From Formosa sp. (GTDB taxonomy: Bacteria > Bacteroidota > Bacteroidia > Flavobacteriales > Flavobacteriaceae), in contig NYVA01000029.1 in assembly GCA_002684355.1 (NCBI GenBank), positions 75,244-139,243 of the forward strand: a stretch of 64,000 nt of DNA, given 5' to 3'. The position numbers and the translations under genes were made by a program. A model generated the notes under the pieces. It worked only from the letters and a program-made list of their open reading frames with translations, was not told the origin of the DNA and ran no database searches. Each line of letters begins with the position of its first letter. The stretch's first letter is position 1. This document shows, one piece after another, positions 9,704 to 19,339 of the stretch.

Positions 9704-11319
9704 TTCTTTCTTACTTTTTTAAGTTCTAATAGATTGGTAGGATTGATCCCCAATCCCTCTATATTCTTTTGTGTAAATCGAACGACTTCATCATAAAATA
9801 AAACAGTGATAGGCGCCTCTTTCATTACGATTGCATCCATTTTTTTATAGAGTTCAATGCGTAGAGAATCATTGGTTTCAATCATAGCACCTTCATATAT
9901 TCGATCAAATTCCTCATTTTTAAAATGGGTGTAATTGGGTCCATTGGGTGCAAAATTTTTACTGTAAAAAAGGGATAAATAGTTTTGTGCATCAGGGTAG
10001 TCCGCTACCCAGCTTGCTCTAAAAACAGCTGTTTTTCCATTGGCTTTTGCCGATTTTAAAGCCGATGCTGGCATGACATCAATACTTATGTTTAAACCAA
10101 TATCCAGTAAGGCTCTTTGAATAAATTCACAAAAACTCAAATAATTCTCTGTTGTTGATAGTTTTAAAGAAGGGTTGGGGTTATTAGTTAGTCTTTTGTA
10201 CTCAGTGACCAGTGCTTTAGCTTTCTCTGGGTTAAAATCAAAACCAATAGTTGGCTCAAACCCTGGCAACCCTCTTGGAATAAATCCGCCATTTGCAGGG
10301 CTTCCAATGTTATTTCTGAGATAGGTTATCATTTTGTTGCGGTCAAAGCCATAATTAAAGGCTTGTCTTAAAAGTCTACTTTGGACTTCGGGAATATCTG
10401 AATCCATATAAAAGCCTAAATATTCTGTGTTTAAATAAGGGCTTTTAAGCATATTTATACGTGGCTTATATTTTGCTTGAAGCTTCCCTTTCGGTGTTAG
10501 AATATCATCTTTATAAGCAGCATCTAAACCTGATATAAAATCAAGATTGCCTTGTATGAATTGTGAATATTCAGATTGTTTATCTGCTAAAAATGTGATG
10601 GCAATGGCTTCTAAATAAGGGAGTTTATTTCCCGCACTGTCAATTTCAAAATAGCGCTGGTTATTTCGAAAAACTAATTTGTTATTTTCAGACCATCGTT
10701 TTAAAAAAAATGGGCCCGTACCTATGGGGTGACTTCTAAAATCTGTTCCATAATATTCAATCATTTCTTTGGGTACAACGCTGCAATATTTCATGCTTAA
10801 CAATCCAAGAAAAGCTGGAAAAGGATGTTTCAATTTAATTTGAAAGGTATGGTTGTCTTTGGCAAAAAAATCATCAACCGATGACAAAACCCAACCCCCA
10901 GGAGACGCGAGTTTTGGGTCCAGCAATCTTTTAAAACTGAATTCAAAATCAGCTGCTGTAACCAAACGTGTTTTTGTTGGACCAAATTTTTCATGGGCAT
11001 GAAAATAAATATCTGGCCTTAAATAAAAAGTGTAAAGTGTTCCATTCTCTGAGATTTCCCATTGACTGGCTATACAGGGCTTAATTTTCATGTTTTGATC
11101 CAATTGAACAAGCCCGTTAAACAATTGGTGAACAGCCCAGATATTGGCATTGTCTTTAGCAAATGCCGGATCCAAACTGCTGATATTTTTGTGTTCATTG
11201 TAGCGAAATACTTGTCTATCTAAAGCCTTTTCATCCGAATGACTACAGCCCAATAAAAGAAACGCAGTTAGAACAGTAGCAGTGCTGAAATTTAATAAAT
11301 TAAAGGGTTGTTTTGCCAT
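9700..11319 (-). CDS. Family 5 (peptide/nickel) ABC substrate-binding lipoprotein
   Basis: Lipobox LLGC, SSLDPA, LFNGLV, PIGTGPF, W-ADYPD motifs. Confidence 0.88.
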   Translation of the reverse strand: MAKQPFNLLNFSTATVLTAFLLLGCSHSDEKALDRQVFRYNEHKNISSLDPAFAKDNANIWAVHQLFNGLVQLDQNMKIKPCIASQWEISENGTLYTFYLRPDIYFHAHEKFGPTKTRLVTAADFEFSFKRLLDPKLASPGGWVLSSVDDFFAKDNHTFQIKLKHPFPAFLGLLSMKYCSVVPKEMIEYYGTDFRSHPIGTGPFFLKRWSENNKLVFRNNQRYFEIDSAGNKLPYLEAIAITFLADKQSEYSQFIQGNLDFISGLDAAYKDDILTPKGKLQAKYKPRINMLKSPYLNTEYLGFYMDSDIPEVQSRLLRQAFNYGFDRNKMITYLRNNIGSPANGGFIPRGLPGFEPTIGFDFNPEKAKALVTEYKRLTNNPNPSLKLSTTENYLSFCEFIQRALLDIGLNISIDVMPASALKSAKANGKTAVFRASWVADYPDAQNYLSLFYSKNFAPNGPNYTHFKNEEFDRIYEGAMIETNDSLRIELYKKMDAIVMKEAPITVLFYDEVVRFTQKNIEGLGINPTNLLELKKVRKN

Positions 11320-11365
11320 TAGCTTGGTTCGTCGTAACTTTGTTTTTCTTTGTAAATGTACAAGA

Positions 11366-12700
11366 ATGATTGCAACAAAAAAAGTAGCTTTTTACACTTT
11401 GGGCTGCAAATTAAATTTTTCAGAAACTTCCACCATTGCAAGAGATTTTCAAAACGAAGGCTTTGAGCGTGTTGATTTTTCTGATGTTGCAGACATTTAT
11501 GTAATCAATACGTGTTCGGTGACTGAAAACGCTGACAAACGCTTTAAAACAATTGTTAAACAAGCGCTTCAGGTTAATGCAGATGCTTTTATCATCGCCA
11601 TTGGATGTTATGCCCAACTTCAACCTCAAGAATTGGCAGATGTATATGGCGTTGATTTGGTGTTAGGGGCTACCGAAAAGTTTAAAATTACAGATTACCT
11701 AAATGATCTTTCAAAACAATCAGTTGGGTCTGTACATGCCTGTGAAATCGAAGCTGCTGATTTTTATGTTGGCAGTTACTCAATAGGGGACCGCACCCGA
11801 GCCTTTCTCAAAGTTCAGGATGGTTGTGATTACAAATGCACCTATTGTACCATTCCGCTTGCGCGTGGAATTTCTAGAAGTGATTCTTTACAAAATGTTT
11901 TAAAGAATGCCTATGAGATTTCAATAAAAGGGATTCAAGAAATTGTGCTCACTGGTGTGAACATTGGGGACTATGGCAAAGGAGAATTCGGTAATAAAAA
12001 TCACCAACATACATTTTTAGAATTGATCCAAGCTTTAGACACGGTTGAGGGCATCAAGCGTCTTCGAATTTCATCTATTGAACCCAACTTATTAAAAAAT
12101 GAAACGATTGATTTTGTATCAAAAAGTAATTGTTTTGTGCCGCATTTTCACATTCCACTTCAAAGTGGAAGCAATCTAGTCTTAAAGAATATGCGAAGAC
12201 GTTACATGCGAGAATTATATGAAGAACGCGTTGCCGTGATAAAACAACAAATGCCAGATGCTTGCATTGGTGTGGATGTTATTGTTGGTTTCCCTGGAGA
12301 AACGGAAGCCCTTTTTCTTGAAACATTTAATTTTTTAAACACATTAGATATTTCTTATTTGCACGTTTTTACATATTCCGAACGCCCCAATACATTGGCT
12401 GCATCCATGCAAAATGCAGTGCCCAAGACTATAAGAACAAAGCGCAGTAAATTATTGCGTGGTCTTTCCGTAAAAAAAAGAAGGGCGTTTTATGAAAGTC
12501 AATTAGGGTCAATTCGTACCGTTTTATTTGAAGGTGAAAATAAATCAGGATACATACATGGATTTACAGAAAACTATGTCAAAGTAAAAACGCCATGGAA
12601 TCCCACACTCGTAAATACGTTGCATGAAATTGAACTTACTAAAATTGATGGCGATGGACTGGTTCGATTTGAATTTGTTCAAACGCTAGTGTCCTTTTAG
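11366..12700 (+). CDS. mtaB: tRNA t6A37 methylthiotransferase MtaB (start reassigned to ATG 11366)
   Basis: TLGCKLNFSE, NTCSVT, radical SAM CDYKCTYC; TAACTTTG -7 box at 11335-11342 supports the later start. Confidence 0.92.
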   Translation: MIATKKVAFYTLGCKLNFSETSTIARDFQNEGFERVDFSDVADIYVINTCSVTENADKRFKTIVKQALQVNADAFIIAIGCYAQLQPQELADVYGVDLVLGATEKFKITDYLNDLSKQSVGSVHACEIEAADFYVGSYSIGDRTRAFLKVQDGCDYKCTYCTIPLARGISRSDSLQNVLKNAYEISIKGIQEIVLTGVNIGDYGKGEFGNKNHQHTFLELIQALDTVEGIKRLRISSIEPNLLKNETIDFVSKSNCFVPHFHIPLQSGSNLVLKNMRRRYMRELYEERVAVIKQQMPDACIGVDVIVGFPGETEALFLETFNFLNTLDISYLHVFTYSERPNTLAASMQNAVPKTIRTKRSKLLRGLSVKKRRAFYESQLGSIRTVLFEGENKSGYIHGFTENYVKVKTPWNPTLVNTLHEIELTKIDGDGLVRFEFVQTLVSF

Positions 12701-12993
12701 ATGCGAATGCCTACTGGTAACATTTTTTTATAGCGTCGATTTCTTTTGATAAACTTTGCAATTGGAGGGCTTGTTGGTACAACGCTGATGTTTTTTTCGC
12801 TAATATTTTCTAAAACAACTTTTATAAAATTTTCAGAAAATTCCTGAGAAGCCAAATGCTCTGGAATGTTGAGTTTTGTAAGAAAAATTTTTCGTTCTTG
12901 TTGTGAGTATTCAATGGTAGCCATATTGGTACCAATTTTTACTTCATACTGACGCAAAAAGGTATTGTCCACAAGATTTGAAGCTGTTAGCAT
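12697..12993 (-). CDS. Small GNAT/YjdJ-like N-acetyltransferase (start likely 12993)
   Basis: DNTFLRQYE...IEYSQQERKIFLTKL...VVPTSP family pattern; -7 box TAAATTTG at 13031-13038 lies too close to the longer ORF start. Confidence 0.7.
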   Translation of the reverse strand: MLTASNLVDNTFLRQYEVKIGTNMATIEYSQQERKIFLTKLNIPEHLASQEFSENFIKVVLENISEKNISVVPTSPPIAKFIKRNRRYKKMLPVGIRI

Positions 12994-13164
12994 AACAATA
13001 AGTTTGTATTTGTTGAAAAAAAATTCCATGCAAATTTACAAAAAAAACTACTGATTTTCTGAACTTTAACAGTTTTTCAATTCAAGACAGCAGTATTAGT
13101 CTAATACTCTGTTCATCGGTTGTTGATTTTTTTTTTAAATTGTGGCTTACAAAATTATCACAAA

Positions 13165-14094
13165 ATGTCTCGTATAAAATTCACCTATTTTTTCCTATTT
13201 GCACTTGTTTTACTCATCCTTTCATCTTCGTCTTTTAAAAGTCAGTCAAAGAAAGAAAATTTTCAAAAATATCCATTGTCTGATTACAATGTATATGCAG
13301 TTCCTTTGCCAAAAAAACTTGATTTTTCGGGTGAGTTAATGCCATTAAGTTTTCCAGATGTTAAGGAGCGAATGGACAGAGAACTTTTGGTAAACACCTA
13401 TTGGCAGTCTAATGGCTTTCTATTGCTTAAACGTGCTCACAAGTACTTCCCAATTATAGAACCTATTTTAAAATCGTACGGAGTTCCAGACGATTTTAAA
13501 TATTTAGCATTAATTGAAAGTGGTCTACAAAATGTTACTTCTCCTGCTGGTGCGAAAGGATTTTGGCAAATAATGAAATCTACTGCTAAAGAATATGGTT
13601 TAGAAGTTAACGCAAATGTTGACGAGCGTAACAACCTCATATTATCAACCACATTGGCATGTAAATACTTATTAAAAGCCAAAGAACGATTTGGTTCTTG
13701 GACACTGGCTGCAGCTTCTTACAACGCCGGAATGAATGGAATTGCCTCGGAGTTAGAGCGTCAATCGGTCGATAATTACTACGATATGTTATTGGGACAA
13801 GAAACAGGTCGTTATGTGTTTAGAATTGTAGCACTCAAGGAAATTACAAGCAATGCCAAGAAATATGGCTTTAATTACACGGATGCAGACTTGTACAATT
13901 ACCCCCCTACATTTTCAGTGGAGATTGATACAGCCGTTAGTGATTTTGTACAATTTGCTAAAGGGTTTGGTATTAATTACAAGCAATTAAAAATTCACAA
14001 TCCCTGGTTAAGGGAGACATTTTTAAACAATAAATCAAGAAAAAAATATACCATTGAAATACCAGAAAGGAATGGTATTGACTCAAACAATTAA
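13165..14094 (+). CDS. Lytic transglycosylase (SLT/MltD-like)
   Basis: LALIESG catalytic Glu, SPAGAKGFWQIM, AASYNAG; N-terminal signal/anchor. Confidence 0.88.
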   Translation: MSRIKFTYFFLFALVLLILSSSSFKSQSKKENFQKYPLSDYNVYAVPLPKKLDFSGELMPLSFPDVKERMDRELLVNTYWQSNGFLLLKRAHKYFPIIEPILKSYGVPDDFKYLALIESGLQNVTSPAGAKGFWQIMKSTAKEYGLEVNANVDERNNLILSTTLACKYLLKAKERFGSWTLAAASYNAGMNGIASELERQSVDNYYDMLLGQETGRYVFRIVALKEITSNAKKYGFNYTDADLYNYPPTFSVEIDTAVSDFVQFAKGFGINYKQLKIHNPWLRETFLNNKSRKKYTIEIPERNGIDSNN

Positions 14095-14654
14095 CGTCTT
14101 CGACCTGCGTTTCCTTGTCCAAAATGCTGGTTGGGAACGGAGGCCTTTTTCATTTGTTGCTTCATCATTTTAATTTGCTCGCTGAGCATGTTCCTTTTAT
14201 CGAGCTTTTGTGCTTCGGAAAGTAATCGTTGTGCTTCCAGTTTTCGTCGTTTTGTAAATGCAATCCCCGCCAAGTTAAGTTTGGCCATCGCAAGGTCGTG
14301 GTCCATCGAGAGTCCTAGATTCACAGCATTTTTAAAAAACTTTTCGGCGGCATTCATATTGGTTTGAGACACCATGATTCCTTTTAAAAAATTGTAATAG
14401 CCTTGTTGCTTTTTAGTCAGAGCAGATTGAGGGTTTTTAATCTTACTTAACCAAGCTTCAGTTCCAGCAAAATCTTGCTTTCTAAGTTTTAAAAACGCCA
14501 ATAAAATGAATTCGTTTTTATAATACAAAAACAAAAAAGTAAGTCCAATTAAAACAAACATAATGCCGTTACCTATGTAAGACTCTATAAATTGATAGAT
14601 TGCATACGCAATGCATGCAATGAACAAGACGAGTTTGATATTTTTATTGAACAT
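14091..14654 (-). CDS. Conserved flavobacterial membrane-anchored TPR-like protein
   Basis: Two N-terminal TM segments followed by helical repeats; typically divergent from rpmH. Confidence 0.65.
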   Translation of the reverse strand: MFNKNIKLVLFIACIAYAIYQFIESYIGNGIMFVLIGLTFLFLYYKNEFILLAFLKLRKQDFAGTEAWLSKIKNPQSALTKKQQGYYNFLKGIMVSQTNMNAAEKFFKNAVNLGLSMDHDLAMAKLNLAGIAFTKRRKLEAQRLLSEAQKLDKRNMLSEQIKMMKQQMKKASVPNQHFGQGNAGRRR

Positions 14655-14740
14655 ATTTTCAGTTTAAAATGGAATACAAATGTAATGAAAACAAAACAAA
14701 ATAATTTTAAAATAAGATTTGTTGAACTAAAAACTCTTTG

Positions 14741-14748
14741 TATATTTG
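14741..14748 (+). promoter_or_regulatory. -7 box TATATTTG for rpmH
   Basis: TAnnTTTG with an upstream TTTG (-33-like) near 14717. Confidence 0.65.
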
Positions 14749-14821
14749 CCCGACTCTAATTTTAAGATTTTATAAACTTAGAATTTATAGATTCCCATTT
14801 CGGATTTAAAGATAAAATAAA

Positions 14822-14980
14822 ATGAAAAGAACATTTCAACCTTCCAAAAGAAAACGTAAAAACAAGCACGGTTTTAGAGAAAGAATGGCCTCTGCTAACG
14901 GCAGAAAGGTTTTAGCCAGAAGACGCGCAAAAGGACGTAAAAAGTTGAGTGTTTCATCTGAAATTCGTCATAAAAAATAA
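14822..14980 (+). CDS. rpmH: 50S ribosomal protein L34
   Basis: Not in ORF track (52 aa): [52 protein letters not shown]. Confidence 0.97.
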   Translation: MKRTFQPSKRKRKNKHGFRERMASANGRKVLARRRAKGRKKLSVSSEIRHKK

Positions 14981-15003
14981 TGATTAACAATTGTTAATAT
15001 ATT

Positions 15004-15034
15004 AAAGGTGTTACTGTTCGTAACGCCTTTTTTT
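15004..15034 (+). terminator. Rho-independent terminator after rpmH
   Basis: AAAGGTGTTAC-tgttc-GTAACGCCTTT plus T-tract. Confidence 0.8.
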
Positions 15035-15092
15035 ATATCTAAAGGTTATTTAAATTTGAAAAATATTTTACTGAAATCAACCCACTAATAAA

Positions 15093-17945
15093 ATGCCAAA
15101 AAGAAACGATTTAAAATCCATTCTCATCATCGGCTCAGGGCCCATTATTATTGGTCAGGCTTGTGAATTTGATTATTCAGGGTCTCAAGCCTTACGATCC
15201 TTACGAGAAGATGGAATCGAAACCATTCTAATTAACTCCAATCCAGCAACCATCATGACAGATCCCTCTATGGCCGATCATGTCTATTTGTTGCCTTTGA
15301 ATACCAAGTCCATTTTAAAGATTTTAAAAGATCACCCACAGATTGATGCAGTTTTACCAACCATGGGCGGACAAACTGCTCTAAATTTATGTATTGAAGC
15401 GGATGAAAAAGGAATTTGGGAAGATTATAATGTTGAAATTATTGGTGTTGATATTGACGCGATAAATATTACAGAAGACCGCGAGAAGTTTCGAGAATTG
15501 ATGTTGAAAATTGACATTCCAATGGCTCCTCAAGCCACGGCAAATTCCTATCTAAAAGGGAAGGAAATTGCACAAGAATTTGGTTTCCCTCTTGTGATTA
15601 GAGCGTCTTTTACATTAGGTGGCGCTGGTGCTTCCATTGTCCATAAAGAAGAAGATTTTGATGAACTTTTAAAGCGTGGTCTTGAGATTTCACCCATACA
15701 TGAGGTCATGATTGACAAGGCGCTTATGGGCTGGAAAGAATATGAATTAGAATTGCTTCGTGATGACAACAATAATGTTGTTATAATTTGTTCCATAGAA
15801 AACATGGACCCCATGGGCATTCATACAGGAGACTCTATCACTGTAGCTCCTGCCATGACCTTAAGTGATAATACCTATCAGAAAATGCGCGATCTGGCCA
15901 TTCATATGATGCGTAGCATTGGAGATTTTGCTGGGGGTTGTAATGTTCAATTTGCTGTAAGTCCAGATGAAAACGAGGACATCATTGCCATAGAAATCAA
16001 TCCACGGGTTTCCCGTTCCTCAGCACTTGCAAGCAAGGCCACAGGCTATCCAATTGCCAAAGTCGCAGCGAAATTAGCAACAGGATATAATCTTGACGAG
16101 CTAGATAATCAAATCACCAAATCAACCTCTGCTCTTTTTGAACCCACTTTGGATTATGTGATTGTCAAAATACCGCGTTGGAACTTCGATAAATTTGAAG
16201 GCAGTGACAGAGAACTAGGGCTTCAAATGAAAGCTGTGGGAGAGGTTATGGGCATCGGTCGTTCGTTTCAAGAGGCCTTACACAAGGCAACACAATCCTT
16301 AGAAATCAAACGCAATGGCTTGGGCGCCGACGGAAAAGGCTATAAAGACTACGATCAAGTCATTAGCAAGCTCAAACACGCCAGCTGGGACCGTGTTTTT
16401 GTGATTTATGATGCCATTCAAATGGGGATTCCGTTGTCCAGAATTTACGAAATCACCAAAATTGACATGTGGTTTTTAAAACAATATGAGGAAATGTATT
16501 TTCTTGAAAAGGAAATTTCGAATTTCGAGATTGAAACCATCACGAAACCCCTTCTTTTAGAGGCTAAACAAAAAGGATACGGAGACCGTCAAATCGCCCA
16601 TATGCTGGGTTGTTTGGAAAGTGAAGTTTATAAAAAACGAATGGCCTTTCACATCAACCGTGTTTATAAGTTGGTAGATACTTGTGCTGCAGAGTTTGAG
16701 GCTAAAACGCCTTATTATTATTCTACTTTTGAGAGTGAAATGACGACTAAAGATGGCAACACCTACACAGACAATGAAAGTGTTGTATCTGATAAAAAGA
16801 AAGTTGTTGTATTAGGGTCTGGCCCTAATCGTATTGGTCAAGGGATTGAGTTTGATTATTGTTGTGTTCACGGTGTTTTGGCTGCCGCTGAATGTGGTTA
16901 CGAAACCATTATGATAAATTGTAATCCTGAAACAGTATCAACCGATTTTGACACTGCAGATAAGCTATATTTCGAACCTGTTTTTTGGGAACACATTTAC
17001 GACATCATTCAGCATGAAAAACCGGAAGGCGTTATTGTTCAACTCGGAGGCCAAACTGCGCTTAAACTGGCAGAAAAGTTAGACCGTTATGGTATTAAGG
17101 TTTTGGGAACCAGTTATCAATCATTAGATTTAGCGGAAGACCGTGGTTCCTTTTCTACTTTATTAAAAGACAACAACATTCCATATCCAGAATTTGATAC
17201 GGCTGAAACGGCGGACCAAGCCTTGCAAGTGGCAGACAAACTGAACTTTCCAATTTTAGTCAGACCTTCCTATGTTTTAGGGGGCCAAGGCATGAAAATT
17301 GTAATAAACAAGGAAGAATTAGAATCCCATGTGGTTGATTTACTTCGAAAAATTCCTAATAATAAGCTGCTATTGGATCATTATCTGGATGGCGCTATTG
17401 AAGCAGAGGCTGATGCTATATGTGATGGGGAGAATGTTTATATTATTGGGATTATGGAGCATATTGAACCTTGTGGTATCCACTCTGGAGACAGCAATGC
17501 GACTTTACCACCCTTTAACTTAGGTGACTTGGTACTTCAACAAATTAAGGACCACACCAAGAAAATTGCGCTTGCGCTGAATACTGTTGGATTGATCAAC
17601 ATTCAGTTTGCAGTCAAAGATGACATGGTTTACATTATAGAAGCCAATCCAAGAGCCTCTAGAACGGTTCCATTCATCGCCAAGGCTTATGGAGAGCCCT
17701 ATGTTAATTACGCCACCAAGGTAATGTTAGGTCACAACAAGGTCACAGATTTTGATTTCAACCCACAATTGGAAGGCTATGCCATCAAACAACCTGTTTT
17801 CTCTTTCAATAAGTTTCCGAATGTCAACAAACAATTGGGACCAGAAATGAAAAGCACTGGTGAGAGCATTTTATTCATAGATAGCCTTAAGGACGATGAA
17901 TTTTACGACCTGTACGCCAGGCGAAAGATGTATTTAAGCAAGTAA
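15093..17945 (+). CDS. carB: Carbamoyl-phosphate synthase large subunit
   Basis: IGSGPIIIGQACEFDYSG, GIHTGDS, second ATP-grasp LGSGPNRIGQGIEFDYCC. Confidence 0.97.
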   Translation: MPKRNDLKSILIIGSGPIIIGQACEFDYSGSQALRSLREDGIETILINSNPATIMTDPSMADHVYLLPLNTKSILKILKDHPQIDAVLPTMGGQTALNLCIEADEKGIWEDYNVEIIGVDIDAINITEDREKFRELMLKIDIPMAPQATANSYLKGKEIAQEFGFPLVIRASFTLGGAGASIVHKEEDFDELLKRGLEISPIHEVMIDKALMGWKEYELELLRDDNNNVVIICSIENMDPMGIHTGDSITVAPAMTLSDNTYQKMRDLAIHMMRSIGDFAGGCNVQFAVSPDENEDIIAIEINPRVSRSSALASKATGYPIAKVAAKLATGYNLDELDNQITKSTSALFEPTLDYVIVKIPRWNFDKFEGSDRELGLQMKAVGEVMGIGRSFQEALHKATQSLEIKRNGLGADGKGYKDYDQVISKLKHASWDRVFVIYDAIQMGIPLSRIYEITKIDMWFLKQYEEMYFLEKEISNFEIETITKPLLLEAKQKGYGDRQIAHMLGCLESEVYKKRMAFHINRVYKLVDTCAAEFEAKTPYYYSTFESEMTTKDGNTYTDNESVVSDKKKVVVLGSGPNRIGQGIEFDYCCVHGVLAAAECGYETIMINCNPETVSTDFDTADKLYFEPVFWEHIYDIIQHEKPEGVIVQLGGQTALKLAEKLDRYGIKVLGTSYQSLDLAEDRGSFSTLLKDNNIPYPEFDTAETADQALQVADKLNFPILVRPSYVLGGQGMKIVINKEELESHVVDLLRKIPNNKLLLDHYLDGAIEAEADAICDGENVYIIGIMEHIEPCGIHSGDSNATLPPFNLGDLVLQQIKDHTKKIALALNTVGLINIQFAVKDDMVYIIEANPRASRTVPFIAKAYGEPYVNYATKVMLGHNKVTDFDFNPQLEGYAIKQPVFSFNKFPNVNKQLGPEMKSTGESILFIDSLKDDEFYDLYARRKMYLSK

Positions 17946-17996
17946 TCGCTTTAGAGTATTGTCAATATTTTAACAATTTTAAAGTTTCATTTTAGA

Positions 17997-18004
17997 TATA
18001 TTTG
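17997..18004 (+). promoter_or_regulatory. -7 box TATATTTG for the cupredoxin-YceI operon, overlapped by a 12-bp inverted repeat (17965-17976/18002-18013)
   Basis: TAnnTTTG 14 nt before ATG; ATATTTTAACAA...TTGTTAAAATAT. Confidence 0.55.
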
Positions 18005-18018
18005 TTAAAATATCTGAT

Positions 18019-18378
18019 ATGAAATACAAAGCATTCCTATTAATTTTCGCAGTTATCGTAACAAGTTGTGAAAACGACAGCATTTCTGATTTAACTCCTG
18101 CTAATCCTGATGTCACATTACATGATTTATTTTGGGCAAACTCCAGCATTAGTGCAAATCAACAATTAAATATAAAAGTTGGTGATACCGTTCGTTGGAC
18201 TTGGGGAAGCGGCACCCATAACCTTAGATCGACTTCCGGGGTTGAATCCTTTGATTCTGGATACATTAGCACTGCTGGCTATCAGTTTATGCACGAATTT
18301 ACAGTAGTCGGAGCCACGCAATATGTATGTGATCCGCACGTAGCTTCTATGTTTGGAACTATCACTGTGACAGAATAA
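18019..18378 (+). CDS. Cupredoxin (plastocyanin/halocyanin-like) lipoprotein
   Basis: Lipobox VTSC; GDTVRW, THNL and YVCDPHVASMFG provide the His, Cys, His, Met type-1 Cu ligands. Confidence 0.85.
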   Translation: MKYKAFLLIFAVIVTSCENDSISDLTPANPDVTLHDLFWANSSISANQQLNIKVGDTVRWTWGSGTHNLRSTSGVESFDSGYISTAGYQFMHEFTVVGATQYVCDPHVASMFGTITVTE

Positions 18379-18391
18379 ATAGTTCTATAAT

Positions 18392-18946
18392 ATGAAACAA
18401 TTTATACCTTTTTTGTTGATTGTTATTGGCTTTAGCGTGCCGTTAAATTTACAGGCTCAACAGCAGTATTTGACCCGTAATGGCATTATCACATTTGATT
18501 CAAAACTCAATTCTTTTGTACCAGTTAAAGCTGAAAATAGCTCAGTTTCAGCCATCTTAAATGTTGACGGTGGTGAGATTGCTGTTTTGGCATTGGTCAA
18601 AGGTTTTTCATTTAAAAATTCTCTCATGGAAGAACACTTCAATGAAAGTTACGCTGAATCAGACATTCACCCCAAGACTACATTTACTGGAAAAATTTCC
18701 AATTTTGACATTCAGGATTCAAAAACCTGTCTTTTTTCTGGTGTCTTGTCCTTTCACGGTGTTGAAAAACAACTTAATGAAATCCCACTAATTGTAGAAA
18801 TTAAGAATAACCGAATTGGTATCAATGGCGAATTCCAATTGGTTGTTTCGGACTTTGATATTAAAGTTCCTAGAATTGTTCGCAGTAAAATTCCCGAAAA
18901 GATTTATGTTTCTATAAATTTAGATTTAGAAAAATTAAATAATTAA
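18392..18946 (+). CDS. YceI family periplasmic lipid/isoprenoid-binding protein
   Basis: Signal peptide; FSFKNSLMEEHFNESYAESD, FHGVEK, DFDIKVP motifs. Confidence 0.85.
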   Translation: MKQFIPFLLIVIGFSVPLNLQAQQQYLTRNGIITFDSKLNSFVPVKAENSSVSAILNVDGGEIAVLALVKGFSFKNSLMEEHFNESYAESDIHPKTTFTGKISNFDIQDSKTCLFSGVLSFHGVEKQLNEIPLIVEIKNNRIGINGEFQLVVSDFDIKVPRIVRSKIPEKIYVSINLDLEKLNN

Positions 18947-18956
18947 ACTTTCTTTT

Positions 18957-19322
18957 ATGAGAAAAGTAGTGGCTTTAATTATTGCTTTTGCTGTGGTCAG
19001 TACCACTGTTTATGTCTGTTTTTTTTTAGACCGATTAGCGCCTTCAATTGAATTGTCTTCTGCAGAATTAATTTATAAATTTTCAATGGATAACACTTCA
19101 AATAAATCAAACTTATCAGAAAACAACATTCTTTTGAGTGGAGCTGTAACAACAGTTAAAAAATCTGCTTTAATAGTTGATAAAAAAATATTTTGTAAGT
19201 TTAAAAATGGTATTTCTGATGTGAAAGTTGGAGATACTATAAGGCTTTTGGGAAAATTTATTGGTTACGATGAACTTTTTCAGGAGTATAAATTAAATGA
19301 TTGTTCGATCGTGAATCAATAA
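18957..19322 (+). CDS. Membrane-anchored OB-fold (tRNA_anti-like) protein
   Basis: N-terminal TM; LSGAVT...VGDTIRLLGKFIGYDEL...KLNDCSI pattern. Confidence 0.65.
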   Translation: MRKVVALIIAFAVVSTTVYVCFFLDRLAPSIELSSAELIYKFSMDNTSNKSNLSENNILLSGAVTTVKKSALIVDKKIFCKFKNGISDVKVGDTIRLLGKFIGYDELFQEYKLNDCSIVNQ

Positions 19323-19339
19323 TTAATCCAACTTTTTCT

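Noticed and set aside
11282-11365. Apparent head-to-head overlap of mtaB and the SBP gene
   Set aside because: Artefact of an upstream GTG; homology and a -7 box support a start at 11366
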